A DNA stretch of 43,470 nt from an uncultured Collinsella sp. (GCA_900549535.1 UROR01000001.1:1-43470); one strand, 5' to 3'; numbered from the stretch's first letter, positions 8,608-21,466 are shown. Notes: generated by a model from the sequence alone, not told the origin. Translations and numbers: made by a program.

Positions 8608-9945
8608 ATGAACCAGCAGAACATCGATTACGTACTCCGCTCCGTAGAGCAGCGTGACATCCGCTTTGTGCGTCTGTGGTTTGTCGACATTCTCGGCCGC
8701 CTCAAGAACTTTGCCATTAGCCCCGAGGACCTCGAGGTCGCTTTTGAGGAGGGTATTGGCTTTGACGGCTCCGCCATCGAGGGCTTTGCCACGCCCGAGG
8801 AAGCCGACATGCTCGCATTCCCCGATGCTTCGACCTTCCAGATTCTGCCGTGGCGCCCGAGCCACAACGGCGTCGCTCGCGTGTTCTGCGACGTGTGCAC
8901 TCCCGATCGCAAGCCGTTTGCCGGCGACCCGCGCGATGCCCTGCGCCGCATGTTCCGCAAGGCCGAGAAGGCCGGCTATCTGCTCAACGTGGGCGCCGAG
9001 CTGGAGTATTATTACTTCCCCGACGAGCACACCCCCGAGCCGCTCGACAACGTGGGCTACTTCGATCTTTCGGTGAGCGATGCCGCTCGCGACCTGCGTC
9101 GCAACACGGTCCTCACGCTCGAGAAGATGTCCGTGCCCGTGGAGTACACCTTCCACGCCGCCGGCCGCTCGCAGCACGGCATGAGCCTGCGTCACGCCGA
9201 GGCCCTGAGCATGTCCGATGCCATCACCACGGCCAAGCTCATCATTAAGCAGCAGGCCTACGAGAGCGGTTGCCACGCCTCTTTTATGCCCAAGCCGTTG
9301 GCGGGTGAGGATGGCAGTGCTATGTTCCTGTGCCAGTCGCTGTTCGACCACGACGGCAACAACGTCTTTTGGGGCGAGGATGACGAGAAGTACCACCTCT
9401 CCGATATCGCCAAGCACTACATGGCCGGCATCTTGGCGCACGCGCGCGAGATCAGCGCCATCACCAACCCCACGGTCAACTCGTACAAGCGCATCACCAC
9501 GGGTGGCGACTCCGTGCCGCAGTACGCCACGTGGGGCCTGCGCAACCGCGCGAGCATGGTCCGCATCCCGGTCTACAAGCCCGGCAAGCAGCTGTCCACG
9601 CGCATCGAGCTTCGTAGCCCCGACCCCATGGCCAACCCGTACCTGGTCAACGCCGTCACGCTGGCGGCTGGTCTGGACGGCATCGAGCGCAAGCTGGAAC
9701 TCCCGCCCGAGGCCACGGCCGAGACGCTCAAGCTCACCGACCGTCAGATGGTCGAGGCCGGCTACACGCCGCTGCCGCGCTCGCTCAAAGAGGCGCTCGA
9801 CGTCTTTGAGGACTCGCAGTTTATGAAGGATGCCCTCGGCGAGCACATCCACAGCTTCTTCCTCAAAAAGAAGCGCGACGAGTGGCATAAGTTTGAGTCC
9901 ACGATCACCGAGTGGGAGATCAAGCACTACCTGGCGAACTCCTAA
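8608..9945 (+). CDS. glnA: Glutamine synthetase type I
   Basis: FDGSAIEGF, ASFMPKP, NSYKR, NRASMVRIP and RIELRSPDPMANPYL motifs. Confidence 0.93.
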   Translation: MNQQNIDYVLRSVEQRDIRFVRLWFVDILGRLKNFAISPEDLEVAFEEGIGFDGSAIEGFATPEEADMLAFPDASTFQILPWRPSHNGVARVFCDVCTPDRKPFAGDPRDALRRMFRKAEKAGYLLNVGAELEYYYFPDEHTPEPLDNVGYFDLSVSDAARDLRRNTVLTLEKMSVPVEYTFHAAGRSQHGMSLRHAEALSMSDAITTAKLIIKQQAYESGCHASFMPKPLAGEDGSAMFLCQSLFDHDGNNVFWGEDDEKYHLSDIAKHYMAGILAHAREISAITNPTVNSYKRITTGGDSVPQYATWGLRNRASMVRIPVYKPGKQLSTRIELRSPDPMANPYLVNAVTLAAGLDGIERKLELPPEATAETLKLTDRQMVEAGYTPLPRSLKEALDVFEDSQFMKDALGEHIHSFFLKKKRDEWHKFESTITEWEIKHYLANS

Positions 9946-9995
9946 TCGCGCTGGCTTGTTTCAGTACGATTGAGCTCATTTCTTTGGAGGCCGAT

Positions 9996-10658
9996 ATGTC
10001 CGATAAGAGTGCCCTGTTCATGGCGCGCACGACGCGCTTCCACGAGTTTGCCCGCAGCTTGACGACCACCCTGGGTGTCGAGGTGAGCCTGGCAACCCCC
10101 GATTCGCCGACTGCGGCGCACGACTTTGACCTGCTGATCCTCGATTCCGACGGCATCCGCAGCGACCGCATCGATCAGATTGCCAAGTGGCTCGACGATC
10201 GCGGCGGTGTCCCCATGCTGGTGATCGTCGACGATGAGGCGCTCGGTACCCTGCGCCTGCCGAATCACGCGCATGCCGACTTTGTGTGCCCCACGGCGAC
10301 GCCCAACGAGCTCAAGGCTCGCGCGCAGCGCCTGATGGGCGAGGAGGAGACCGTCACCGCCGACGATGTGCTCAACATCGATAACCTCGAGATTAATCTG
10401 GCTACCTACCAGGTGACACTCGATAACGAGCCCATTGACCTGACGCTGATGGAGTACTCGCTGCTGAGCTTTTTGGCGACGCATCCCAATCGCGCCTACA
10501 GCCGCGAGGTGCTGCTGCACCGCGTGTGGGGCTTTGAGTACTGCGGCGGCACGCGCACCGTCGACGTGCACATTCGACGCATCCGCTCCAAGGTGGGCCC
10601 GCAGATCGCGGCACACATCACCACCGTCCGCGGCGTGGGATATCTGTTTAAGGACTAG
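9996..10658 (+). CDS. Orphan OmpR-family response regulator, GlnR-like
   Basis: C-terminal wHTH (LTLMEYSLL..L, VWG, TRTVDVHIRRIRSK, TVRGVGY); degenerate receiver domain; directly downstream of glnA. Confidence 0.8.
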   Translation: MSDKSALFMARTTRFHEFARSLTTTLGVEVSLATPDSPTAAHDFDLLILDSDGIRSDRIDQIAKWLDDRGGVPMLVIVDDEALGTLRLPNHAHADFVCPTATPNELKARAQRLMGEEETVTADDVLNIDNLEINLATYQVTLDNEPIDLTLMEYSLLSFLATHPNRAYSREVLLHRVWGFEYCGGTRTVDVHIRRIRSKVGPQIAAHITTVRGVGYLFKD

Positions 10659-10662
10659 ATTT

Positions 10663-10695
10663 CCACCACAAAGGGGACAGACACCTTTGTGGTGG
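10663..10695 (+). repeat. 33-bp REP-like palindrome (family A)
   Basis: CCACCACAAAGG-GGACAGACA-CCTTTGTGGTGG; homologous copies at 25354, 26944, 27905 and 36857. Confidence 0.9.
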
Positions 10696-10866
10696 TTTTG
10701 ACGCAGGTGCGGGCTCCTTTCGAGTTTGAAGCAGAACTTAAGCCTTCCTAAAAGATTGCGTTCTCGTACACGTACGCCTGCATATTGGGGTACAACTCAA
10801 CGTGAACAATGATGGCCCGCCACGTGTTTGGCGGGCCTTTGGTTATTTGACGAAAGGATCGCAGCC

Positions 10867-12327
10867 ATGAGCGAGAACGATTCCCAGCGTCCCCAGGATG
10901 CGGGCAACGCCGGCGAGACTCAGCAGCAGCCGCGCGTGCAGGTGGAGTCGACGCCTGCCGACGGCAACATTCCCTACGTGCAGGCCTACGATACGCAGAC
11001 CGGCAAGCCGCTGGGCGGCCAACAGGTCGTGAACAAGCACACGGTGGTCAAGACCAAGACCAAAAAGCTACCGATCTTTATCACAGCGCTTGCCGGCTGC
11101 GCATGTGGTGCCCTGCTGGTCATCGCGCTCATTATGAGTGGCACGCTCGATATCGGTGGCGGCAAGAATGCCGTGACGGCGGGCGCTTCGGGTTCGTCGA
11201 CGCAAAAGATCACGATCGACTCCGAGGACACCACGCTGGCCGAGGCCGTTTCTGCCAAGGCCCTGCCCTCCGTGGTTTCCATTACCGCCACTTCGAGCGG
11301 CAGCCAGAATGGCTCGCTTTCGCAGTCTGCCGACGAGTCGGACAACTCGGGCAGCGTCGGTTCGGGCGTTGTGCTCGATACCGAGGGCCATATCCTCACC
11401 AACAACCATGTGGTCGATGGCTATGACCAGTACGTGGTGACCATGGACGACGGCACCACCTACGAGGCCGAGTTCGTGGGCACCGATGCCTCGAGCGACC
11501 TCGCCGTTATCAAGCTCAAGGACGCCGATGCCTCCAAGCTCACGCCGATCGAGATCGGTGATTCCTCCAAGCTCAACGTGGGCGAGTGGGTCATGGCCAT
11601 CGGCTCGCCGTTCGGCAACGAGCAGTCTGTCTCCACGGGCATTGTGTCGGCACTGTATCGCTCCACGGCCATGAGCTCTACCAACGGTAACACTATCTAT
11701 GCCAACATGATCCAGACCGATGCCGCCATCAACCCGGGCAACTCGGGTGGCGCGCTCGTTAACGACAATGGTGAGCTGGTGGGCATCAACTCGCTCATCG
11801 AGAGCTATTCGGGCTCCAGCTCGGGCGTGGGCTTTGCTATTCCCGTTAACTACGCCAAGAACATTGCCGACCAGATCATCGGCGGCAAGACGCCGGTTCA
11901 TCCGTATCTGGGCGCCACACTTTCGAGCGTCAATGCGCTTAACGCCCGCACCAACAAGCTGAGCACCGATAGCGGCGCGTATGTGGCGAGCGTCGTTGAG
12001 GATGGTCCTGCTGCTAAGGCCGGAATTCAGGAGGGCGACGTCATCACCAAGCTGGGCGACGACGAGATCACGAGCGCCGATGGCCTGATCATCGCACTGC
12101 GCAGCCACGAGGTGGGCGAGAAGGTCGAGATCACGCTTATGCGCGGCAAGGACGAGAAGAAGGTCACGGTCGAGCTGGGCTCCGATGAGGAGTTGCAGAA
12201 CCAGCAGCAGGACGACAGCTCGACCGACACCGGCAACGGCGGTATTACCGACGAGCAGCTGCGCCAGTACCTGGAGGAGCTGCTGGGCCAGCAGGGTCAG
12301 GGCCAGGGCTACGGCCAGGGCTACTAG
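10867..12327 (+). CDS. htrA: HtrA/DegP-family membrane-anchored serine protease with PDZ domain
   Basis: TM segment, LTNNHVV, DLAVIK, IQTDAAINPGNSGGAL, PDZ GPAAKAGIQEGDVI. Confidence 0.93.
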   Translation: MSENDSQRPQDAGNAGETQQQPRVQVESTPADGNIPYVQAYDTQTGKPLGGQQVVNKHTVVKTKTKKLPIFITALAGCACGALLVIALIMSGTLDIGGGKNAVTAGASGSSTQKITIDSEDTTLAEAVSAKALPSVVSITATSSGSQNGSLSQSADESDNSGSVGSGVVLDTEGHILTNNHVVDGYDQYVVTMDDGTTYEAEFVGTDASSDLAVIKLKDADASKLTPIEIGDSSKLNVGEWVMAIGSPFGNEQSVSTGIVSALYRSTAMSSTNGNTIYANMIQTDAAINPGNSGGALVNDNGELVGINSLIESYSGSSSGVGFAIPVNYAKNIADQIIGGKTPVHPYLGATLSSVNALNARTNKLSTDSGAYVASVVEDGPAAKAGIQEGDVITKLGDDEITSADGLIIALRSHEVGEKVEITLMRGKDEKKVTVELGSDEELQNQQQDDSSTDTGNGGITDEQLRQYLEELLGQQGQGQGYGQGY

Positions 12328-12353
12328 CGAGCCGTTTCGCATATGCCGAAGCC

Positions 12354-12393
12354 AGAGGGGCTGTCCCGCCAAGTGTGGGACAGCCCCTCTTTT
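12354..12393 (+). terminator. Terminator after htrA
   Basis: AGAGGGGCTGTCCC...GGGACAGCCCCTCT followed by a T run. Confidence 0.75.
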
Positions 12394-12464
12394 CTTATTG
12401 ATCCGTTGGGGACGGAGGAAAACGGATCGCTTGGGGCTGACAAGAGGCCTGGTCCGGAATGGTC

Positions 12465-12667
12465 TGGACAGTTAGTTCAGATACGTATAAATCTGGGGCA
12501 GCTTGGGATGCGTTTTGAGCAATTTTTGATTGGGATGGGGCTCGAATGGGTGTTTGGAAGGGAGAGCGGGACGTTTACATGGTCTCGAGGAGCCCAAATT
12601 AGTTGAAACAGGGGTGTTCGTGCCTGATTCAGCTCTAGGATTTATACGTATCTGAACTAACTGTCCA
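12465..12667. repeat. 203-bp element with perfect 29-bp terminal inverted repeats (MITE/REPIN-like)
   Basis: TGGACAGTTAGTTCAGATACGTATAAATC (12465-12493) and its exact reverse complement (12639-12667). Confidence 0.8.
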
Positions 12668-12742
12668 CTCCAGTCTGGCGGCTGCCGATTCGGTGCGGTT
12701 CGAGACCGCTATTCGGCCTCATTGCGACCGGTGGTACTCTAG

Positions 12743-15004
<2,262 letters not shown>

Positions 15005-15174
15005 TGGATATCGAGAACCACAATTACTCGCAGGCGGAAGGGCGCACGAGGCGCTCCCAAACGCAGGCAAAAGAGTACCTGATGGCGCGAATTCACGTTA
15101 CCGATTGAGAGCCCGAGGCAGACACATCTCGCGATGAATTTGAGGAGAAGGCCGAACTAGAAGCTAAGCTCCGT

Positions 15175-16020
15175 CTATACTAGACACACAGGCACCGTGA
15201 TTTGTGTCACGTAGGTTGCCGGGTCGTCGCTGATGATGTCGTCGATGAGGGCGATTTCGCGCGAGGGGCCGGTGGGTGTCAGGTCGTGCTCGCGCATATA
15301 GCCGAGCAACTGCTCGTAACGTGAAGCCGCTTGCCCGTGCGTGCCGCGGAAGCTAATGGTCAAACAGCGTGCGGCGGACCGAACCTCGACGTCCCCCAGG
15401 TAATCGTCCGTGTCATCCAACAGCAGAAAGACCTCGTCATAGCCATCAAAGTCGCCGGCGGCAAGGCGTTCGGGTGAGATGCCCACGCCCAGATTGCCTA
15501 GATACGCAAACGTTTCGTGCTGCCCCTGCTGCAGTTGGCGGATATGCCACCCAAGCGCATAAGCGTCGGTGGGGTTGACGCGCTCGTGCAGCACGGCGCA
15601 GCGAAGTTCGGGCGCCTCGATTTCGCGGATGGTATCGAGCTCGGCATGCAAAGCGTCGTGCAACAAGGCAAGCCGCTGGTCGATCTTGCGCGACATGCGC
15701 TCCAGCTCGCGTCGTTTATGCTCAATTAACTCCTGCTGCCGGGTCAGCTGCCGCTGCATTAAATCCATGTCGCGCGTGGCGACAAATTCGCGAATCTGCA
15801 CCAGCGGCAAGTCGAGAACACGCAGGTTGGCGATGGTGTTGAGCGTGGAAAGCTGTCGCGTTCCGTAGTAGCGGTAGCCGCTTGCGGGGTCGATATATGC
15901 CGGCTCCAGCAGCCCCATCTGCTCGTAATGACGCAGCGTGCCCACGCTCAAATTGAGCAGGCGCGCGACCTCGCCAATGCGGAGCAGACCGTCGGTATGT
16001 TCGCTGGACGTGTCAGCCAC
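15175..16020 (-). CDS. MerR-family regulator with GyrI-like effector domain (BmrR-like)
   Basis: LRIGEVARLLNLSVGTLRHYEQMGLLEP...SGYRYY. Confidence 0.9.
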   Translation of the reverse strand: MADTSSEHTDGLLRIGEVARLLNLSVGTLRHYEQMGLLEPAYIDPASGYRYYGTRQLSTLNTIANLRVLDLPLVQIREFVATRDMDLMQRQLTRQQELIEHKRRELERMSRKIDQRLALLHDALHAELDTIREIEAPELRCAVLHERVNPTDAYALGWHIRQLQQGQHETFAYLGNLGVGISPERLAAGDFDGYDEVFLLLDDTDDYLGDVEVRSAARCLTISFRGTHGQAASRYEQLLGYMREHDLTPTGPSREIALIDDIISDDPATYVTQITVPVCLV

Positions 16021-16076
16021 AGGATTACTCCTTTCGGCAGAGAGCAGGACAGGGTCGCCAGGCTTGCGTTGCCCCG

Positions 16077-17423
16077 CTACGCCACGAGCTTGTCAAAAGT
16101 GCCGCGGCGGTTGAGCACCGTAAACGCCACCACGCAAATGGCTGCCGAAAGAATCGACCCGCACGGCGAGGCGATGCCCATGGGAAACAGCGTGTCGGAA
16201 TAGGCGTTCGACAGCAGCCACGCGCCCGGTACGCGAATGAGCGCCACGGCCAGCACGTTGTGTGCAAAGCCGATGTAGCTCTTGCCATACGCAGCAAAAA
16301 AGCCGCTAAAGCAAATGTGGATGCCGGCAAAGATCGCGTCAAAAATATAGCTGTGCATATAACCGGTGCCGGCTGCGACCACCGCGGCGTCCTTGGCAAA
16401 AAAGCCTAGAAACGCCGGTGCCACCAACCACATGAGTGCCGTGATCAGGCAGCCGTACACCACCGAGATGGTCATGGCGTCCTTGAGCACCTGACGCGCT
16501 CGGTCGCCCTTGCCCGCACCGGCGTTTTGCGCCGTGAGCGCGCTGACGGTGGCGCCCATGGAGCTCGGCACGATGAACAAAAAGCTGATCATCTTCTCGA
16601 CCAGGCCCACGGCGGCGGCGTCGACCAGGCCGCGGTGGTTGGCGATAACGGTGATGAACATAAACGCCACCTGTATGCAGCCGTCCTGCACGGCCACGGG
16701 CACGCCAATCTTAAGGATGCTGCTGAGCACCTCGGGCTGGGGGCGCAGGTCACTGCGCTTGACGTGGATATTCGTGCGGCGGCTCTTGAGCCATACGAGT
16801 GCGAGGGCAACGCTTGCCGTCTGTGCGATCACCGTGCCGAGCGCCGCGCCCACGGGGCCGAGTCCCATGTGGCCAATAAGCAGAAAATCGAGCGCGATGT
16901 TGATGACGCACGCCACGCCGATCACGTACATGGGCGAGCGCGAATCGCCCAGGCCGCGAAAGATGGCCGAAAGGATGTTGTACGCGGCGATGCACGGAAT
17001 GCCGATAAAGCAGATGCGCAGGTAGGCGGCGGTGCCCTCGACCGCTTCGGCCGGCGTGCCGATGAGTGCCACGATCTGCGGGCACAGCGCGAGCAAGAGC
17101 GCGGCCAGCACCACCGAGACACCCATAAAGAGCGTGATGGTGTTGCCGATGGCGGCCTCGGCGCGGTCGAAGCGGCGTGAACCCACGGCGTGGCCGACGA
17201 TGACGGTCGTTCCCATGGCCAGACCCACGAGCGTCACGGTAATGATATAGAGCGTCTGCGCGCCATTGCCCACGGCGGTGATGCCGGCAGCGCCGCTAAA
17301 CTGTCCGATAAAGTACAGGTCGGCCATGCCGTAGAGCATCTGCAAAAAGTACGAGAGCATATAGGGCAGGGCGAAGACCGCGATGGTCTTGAGGACGTTG
17401 CCGCGTGTGAGGTCGTGTTCCAT
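16077..17423 (-). CDS. MATE-family efflux transporter
   Basis: DLTRG..LKTI..FALP, RGLGDSRSPM, GPVGAALGTVIAQ; multi-TM pattern. Confidence 0.92.
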   Translation of the reverse strand: MEHDLTRGNVLKTIAVFALPYMLSYFLQMLYGMADLYFIGQFSGAAGITAVGNGAQTLYIITVTLVGLAMGTTVIVGHAVGSRRFDRAEAAIGNTITLFMGVSVVLAALLLALCPQIVALIGTPAEAVEGTAAYLRICFIGIPCIAAYNILSAIFRGLGDSRSPMYVIGVACVINIALDFLLIGHMGLGPVGAALGTVIAQTASVALALVWLKSRRTNIHVKRSDLRPQPEVLSSILKIGVPVAVQDGCIQVAFMFITVIANHRGLVDAAAVGLVEKMISFLFIVPSSMGATVSALTAQNAGAGKGDRARQVLKDAMTISVVYGCLITALMWLVAPAFLGFFAKDAAVVAAGTGYMHSYIFDAIFAGIHICFSGFFAAYGKSYIGFAHNVLAVALIRVPGAWLLSNAYSDTLFPMGIASPCGSILSAAICVVAFTVLNRRGTFDKLVA

Positions 17424-17459
17424 GGGCGGGCACTTTCTGGCTTGGTTCGTTTACGTACC

Positions 17460-17495
17460 AGTGTAGTGAAAACCCTACAACGATTGTAGAGTCAA
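17460..17495 (-). promoter_or_regulatory. MerR-type promoter/operator of the MATE-merR operon
   Basis: -35 TTGACT immediately followed by the dyad CTACAA-TCG-TTGTAG, as in BmrR/MerR-type promoters; the -10 is not clearly assignable. Confidence 0.65.
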
Positions 17496-17683
17496 GGTTT
17501 ATGTTGACGGCGGGGCGAAAAAATCGCGCCCACAATCATTTCCATTTGAATACGGTCGCGCGCCGCGCGGACTTAGCGCCTGCGCCAGCCTTGCAGAAAT
17601 CGATTTCGGAACACTTGACACCATCGCTCGGCGCGCAATAATACGTGCGTTTGCGAACAACGTTTGATGGGGGATGAACCTGC

Positions 17684-19462
17684 GTGCGCAATCTCAAAAT
17701 ACTGTTTTCCTACCTGGGGGCATACCGTCGCGATGCCATTCTCGGCGTGATGTTCGTCTCGGTCGAGACCGCGCTCGAGCTGTTTATCCCGGTCATCATG
17801 GCGAACATCATCGACGTGGGCGTGCCCACGGGCGACGTCAATTACATGCTGCTGCAGGGCGCGTGCATGCTGGTGTGCGCGGCGTTTTCGCTGGTGCTGG
17901 GTCTGGGCTACGCACGCACGTCCGCTCGCGTGGCCTCGGGCCTGGGCGCCAACCTGCGCGAGGCCGAGTATCGCAAGATTCAGACGCTCGCCTTTGGCAA
18001 CCTGGACAACTACGACGCCAGCTCGCTCGTCACGCGCATGACCACCGACATTACCGTCATCCAAAACGCCATCGGCAACGGCTTTCGCCCCATGGTGCGC
18101 GGACCGGTGACGCTCATCGTCGGCCTGGTCTATGCCCTGGTACTGTCGCGCCCGCTCGCGACGGTCTTCGCGATTATCCTGCCCGTGTTGGCGATTGTGC
18201 TGGGTGTCATCACCTACCGCGTGAGCCCGCTCTACCGCCAGCTGCAGACCTCAATGGACCACCTCAACGGTGTGGTGCAGGAGGACCTCACCGCCGTGCG
18301 CGCCGTCAAGGCGTATGTGCGCGCCGAGCACGAGGAGGCCAAATTCGACACCGTCAATACCGAGCTCGCGCGCACGGCGACGAAGACTTTCGGCAATGCC
18401 GTGCTCAATCTGCCGGTGTTTCAGCTGTCGATGTACGTGGCCGCCATTTCGATCCTGTGGATCGGCGGGCGCATGATTATCGCCGGCGAGCTGGGCGTGG
18501 GCTCGCTCACGGGCTTTATGAGCTATGTGCTGCTGATCATGAACTCGCTCATGATGATCTCCAACGTGTTTTTGTTGCTCACGCGCGCGCTCGCCAGCGT
18601 GGAGCGCATATCGCGGGTGATCGACGAGCAATCGCTCATCCAGGCGCCTGCGGCAGACGCGGCTGTGCACGAGGTCGCCGACGGAAGTGTCGAGTTCCGC
18701 GACGTGTCGTTTAAGTACCGCGCGGATGCCGCCGAAGACGTGCTCGAGCATATCAACCTTCGTGTCGAGCCGGGCTCTACGGTGGGTGTGCTCGGCGGTA
18801 CGGGCTCGGGCAAGAGCTCGCTCGTGCAGCTCATCGCGCGCCTGTACGATGCGACCGAGGGCGCCGTGCTCGTGGGCGGGCGCGACGTGCGCGACTACGA
18901 CCTGGTCGCTCTGCGCGATGCCGTGGGCATTGTGCTGCAAAAGAATGTGCTGTTTACGGGCACCGTGCGCGAGAGCCTGCAGTGGGGCGCGCCCGATGCC
19001 ACCGACGAGGAACTGCTGCGTGCTTGCCGTGCGGCGTGTGTGGACGAGTTCCTGGACCGTATCGGCGGGCTGGATGGCGAGCTGGGCCAGGGCGGCGCCG
19101 GTGTTTCGGGCGGGCAGAAGCAGCGTCTGTGCATCGCGCGTACGCTGCTCAAGCATCCGCGCGTGCTCATTTTTGATGACTCCACCAGCGCGGTCGATAT
19201 GGCGACCGATGCCAGGATCCGCGAGCATATCGCGCAGATTCCCGATACGACCGTGATCATCATCGCCCAGCGCATCGCGAGCGTAATGGATGCCGATCGT
19301 ATTGTGGTACTGGACGACGGGCGTGTCCACGGCGTGGGCACGCACGAGGAACTGCTGGCTGGCGATAACATCTACCAGGAGATTTATGCCTCGCAGATGG
19401 AGTTCGCGGGGGATACGACCTCAGATGCCCCGGCCCGAGAAGGGGGTGAGCTCCATGCCTAA
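17684..19462 (+). CDS. ABC exporter, fused permease/ATPase (subunit 1 of heterodimer)
   Basis: N-terminal TMD, GGTGSGKS, SGGQKQR, degenerate Walker B IFDDSTSAVD. Confidence 0.93.
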   Translation: MRNLKILFSYLGAYRRDAILGVMFVSVETALELFIPVIMANIIDVGVPTGDVNYMLLQGACMLVCAAFSLVLGLGYARTSARVASGLGANLREAEYRKIQTLAFGNLDNYDASSLVTRMTTDITVIQNAIGNGFRPMVRGPVTLIVGLVYALVLSRPLATVFAIILPVLAIVLGVITYRVSPLYRQLQTSMDHLNGVVQEDLTAVRAVKAYVRAEHEEAKFDTVNTELARTATKTFGNAVLNLPVFQLSMYVAAISILWIGGRMIIAGELGVGSLTGFMSYVLLIMNSLMMISNVFLLLTRALASVERISRVIDEQSLIQAPAADAAVHEVADGSVEFRDVSFKYRADAAEDVLEHINLRVEPGSTVGVLGGTGSGKSSLVQLIARLYDATEGAVLVGGRDVRDYDLVALRDAVGIVLQKNVLFTGTVRESLQWGAPDATDEELLRACRAACVDEFLDRIGGLDGELGQGGAGVSGGQKQRLCIARTLLKHPRVLIFDDSTSAVDMATDARIREHIAQIPDTTVIIIAQRIASVMDADRIVVLDDGRVHGVGTHEELLAGDNIYQEIYASQMEFAGDTTSDAPAREGGELHA

Positions 19463-21353
19463 GACATCCGCTCAGGCCCGTCCGGCCAATCTGGGGCAGA
19501 CGCTCTGCCGCTTGCTCAGCTATATGGGCCATGCCAAGTTCTCGCTGCTCGCGGTGGGCGTGCTCGCCTCTATCGCCGCTATCGCGAGCCTTGCCGGCAC
19601 CTATATGGTGCGCCCCATCGTCAACGGCCTGGCTGCGGGTGGGGAGGAGCTGCTCACTAAGCAGGTTCTCTTTACGGCCGCCATCTACGCCGCGGGCGTG
19701 CTGTCGGCCCTGGGCTATTCGCAAATCATGGTGCGCGCGGCCCAACGTGTGGTGTCCGACATCCGCCGCGACCTGTTCGCACATATCCAGACGCTGCCGC
19801 TCAGCTATTTCGATAGCACGCGCTCGGGCGACATCATGAGCTTCTTCACCAACGACGTCGACACGGTCTCCGAGGCACTCAACAACAGCTTTGCTAACGT
19901 GATTCAGGCGACCATCCAGGTGATTGGCACCACGGCCATGCTCATCATCCTCAACTGGCAGCTCACGATCATCACGCTCGTGTGCGACGCGGCCATTGTG
20001 CTGTACGCGCGCTACTCGGGCATTCGCTCCAAGCGTTTCTTTGCCGCTCAGCAGGCGTCGCTCGGCGACTTGGACGGATATGTCGAGGAGATGGTCTCGG
20101 GCCAAAAGGTCATCAAAGTCTTCAACCACGAGCGGGCCAACGTGGCCGGTTTTGACGCGCGCAACCAGGAGCTGCGCCGCACCGGTGGCGCCGCGCAGGC
20201 CTACGCCAACTCGATGGTGCCCATGACCGTGGTGATCGGCTATGCCAACTACGCGATCGTTGCGGTGGCGGGCGGCATGCTCTGCATCAACGGTCTGGCC
20301 GACGTGGGCGCGCTCGCGAGCTACCTGGTCTTTGTGCGCCAGGCGGCCATGCCCATCAACCAGTTCACGCAGCTGGGCAACTTCTTGCTCAACGCGCTGG
20401 CCGGTGCCGAGCGCCTGTTCGCCGCGATGGACCTTGAGCCCGAGGTGGACGAGGGCTGCGTGGAGCTGGTGCAGACGGGCGAGTCCGCGTGGGCGTGGAA
20501 GATTCCTGAGGGCCGTGGCGTGGGCGCGTACGGGCATCTGCACGATGTTGCCTCGGTCGACGATGCAGGTCGTGCGGTGTCGGCCGACGGTACCGAGCTT
20601 GTGACCGGTCTGGTGCCGCTCGCCGGCGACGTGCGCTTCCATGCCGTGGACTTTTCCTACGTGCCGGGCACGCGCGTGCTCACGGACCTCAACCTGTTTG
20701 CCAAGCCGGGACAAAAGATCGCTTTTGTGGGTTCGACGGGCGCCGGAAAGACGACTATCACCAACCTCATCAACCGCTTCTACGAGGTCGATGACGGCGA
20801 GATCACGTACGACGGCATCGACGTCAAGCACATCGCCAAGGCCAGCCTACGCGGGTCGCTCGGCATTGTGCTGCAGGATACGCACCTGTTTAGCGGCACC
20901 ATTGCGCAGAACATTCGCTTTGGCAAGCTCGACGCGACCGACGAGGAGGTTCGTGCTGCCGCCGAGGCCGCCTGCGCCGACTCGTTTATTCGCCGCCTGC
21001 CGCAAGGCTACGACACGCCGGTCACAGCCGACGGCGCCAACCTGAGCCAGGGCCAGCGCCAGCTGCTCGCCATCGCGCGTGTGGCCGTGGCCGATCCGCC
21101 GGTGCTCATCCTGGACGAGGCCACGAGCTCCATTGACACGCGTACCGAAAAGCTCATCGAGCGCGGTATGGACCGCATCATGCGCGGTCGCACCACGTTT
21201 ATGATCGCGCACCGCCTGTCCACCGTCCGCGACGCCGACGCGATCATGGTCCTCGAGCACGGCCGCATCATCGAACGCGGCACCCACGAGGAGCTTCTGG
21301 CCCAGCACGGCGAGTACTGGCAACTGGCACATGGGCTGAAGGAGCTGGATTAA
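19455..21353 (+). CDS. ABC exporter, fused permease/ATPase (subunit 2 of heterodimer)
   Basis: GSTGAGKT, LSQGQRQ, ILDEATSSID, IAHRLST; ATG 19455 overlaps the upstream stop region. Confidence 0.93.
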   Translation: MPKTSAQARPANLGQTLCRLLSYMGHAKFSLLAVGVLASIAAIASLAGTYMVRPIVNGLAAGGEELLTKQVLFTAAIYAAGVLSALGYSQIMVRAAQRVVSDIRRDLFAHIQTLPLSYFDSTRSGDIMSFFTNDVDTVSEALNNSFANVIQATIQVIGTTAMLIILNWQLTIITLVCDAAIVLYARYSGIRSKRFFAAQQASLGDLDGYVEEMVSGQKVIKVFNHERANVAGFDARNQELRRTGGAAQAYANSMVPMTVVIGYANYAIVAVAGGMLCINGLADVGALASYLVFVRQAAMPINQFTQLGNFLLNALAGAERLFAAMDLEPEVDEGCVELVQTGESAWAWKIPEGRGVGAYGHLHDVASVDDAGRAVSADGTELVTGLVPLAGDVRFHAVDFSYVPGTRVLTDLNLFAKPGQKIAFVGSTGAGKTTITNLINRFYEVDDGEITYDGIDVKHIAKASLRGSLGIVLQDTHLFSGTIAQNIRFGKLDATDEEVRAAAEAACADSFIRRLPQGYDTPVTADGANLSQGQRQLLAIARVAVADPPVLILDEATSSIDTRTEKLIERGMDRIMRGRTTFMIAHRLSTVRDADAIMVLEHGRIIERGTHEELLAQHGEYWQLAHGLKELD

Positions 21354-21401
21354 CCCGTTCAATCACGGTGCTTTGGCTCTCCATGCTCCTCACCTCGCCT
21401 C

Positions 21402-21466
21402 AAACCGTCCCAACATTCGACGTTTTTCTCGATTTTGAGAAAAAGCATCGAATGTTGGGACGGTTT
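21402..21466. repeat. 65-bp palindrome (family B, copy 1)
   Basis: AAACCGTCCCAACATTCGA ... TCGAATGTTGGGACGGTTT. Confidence 0.9.
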
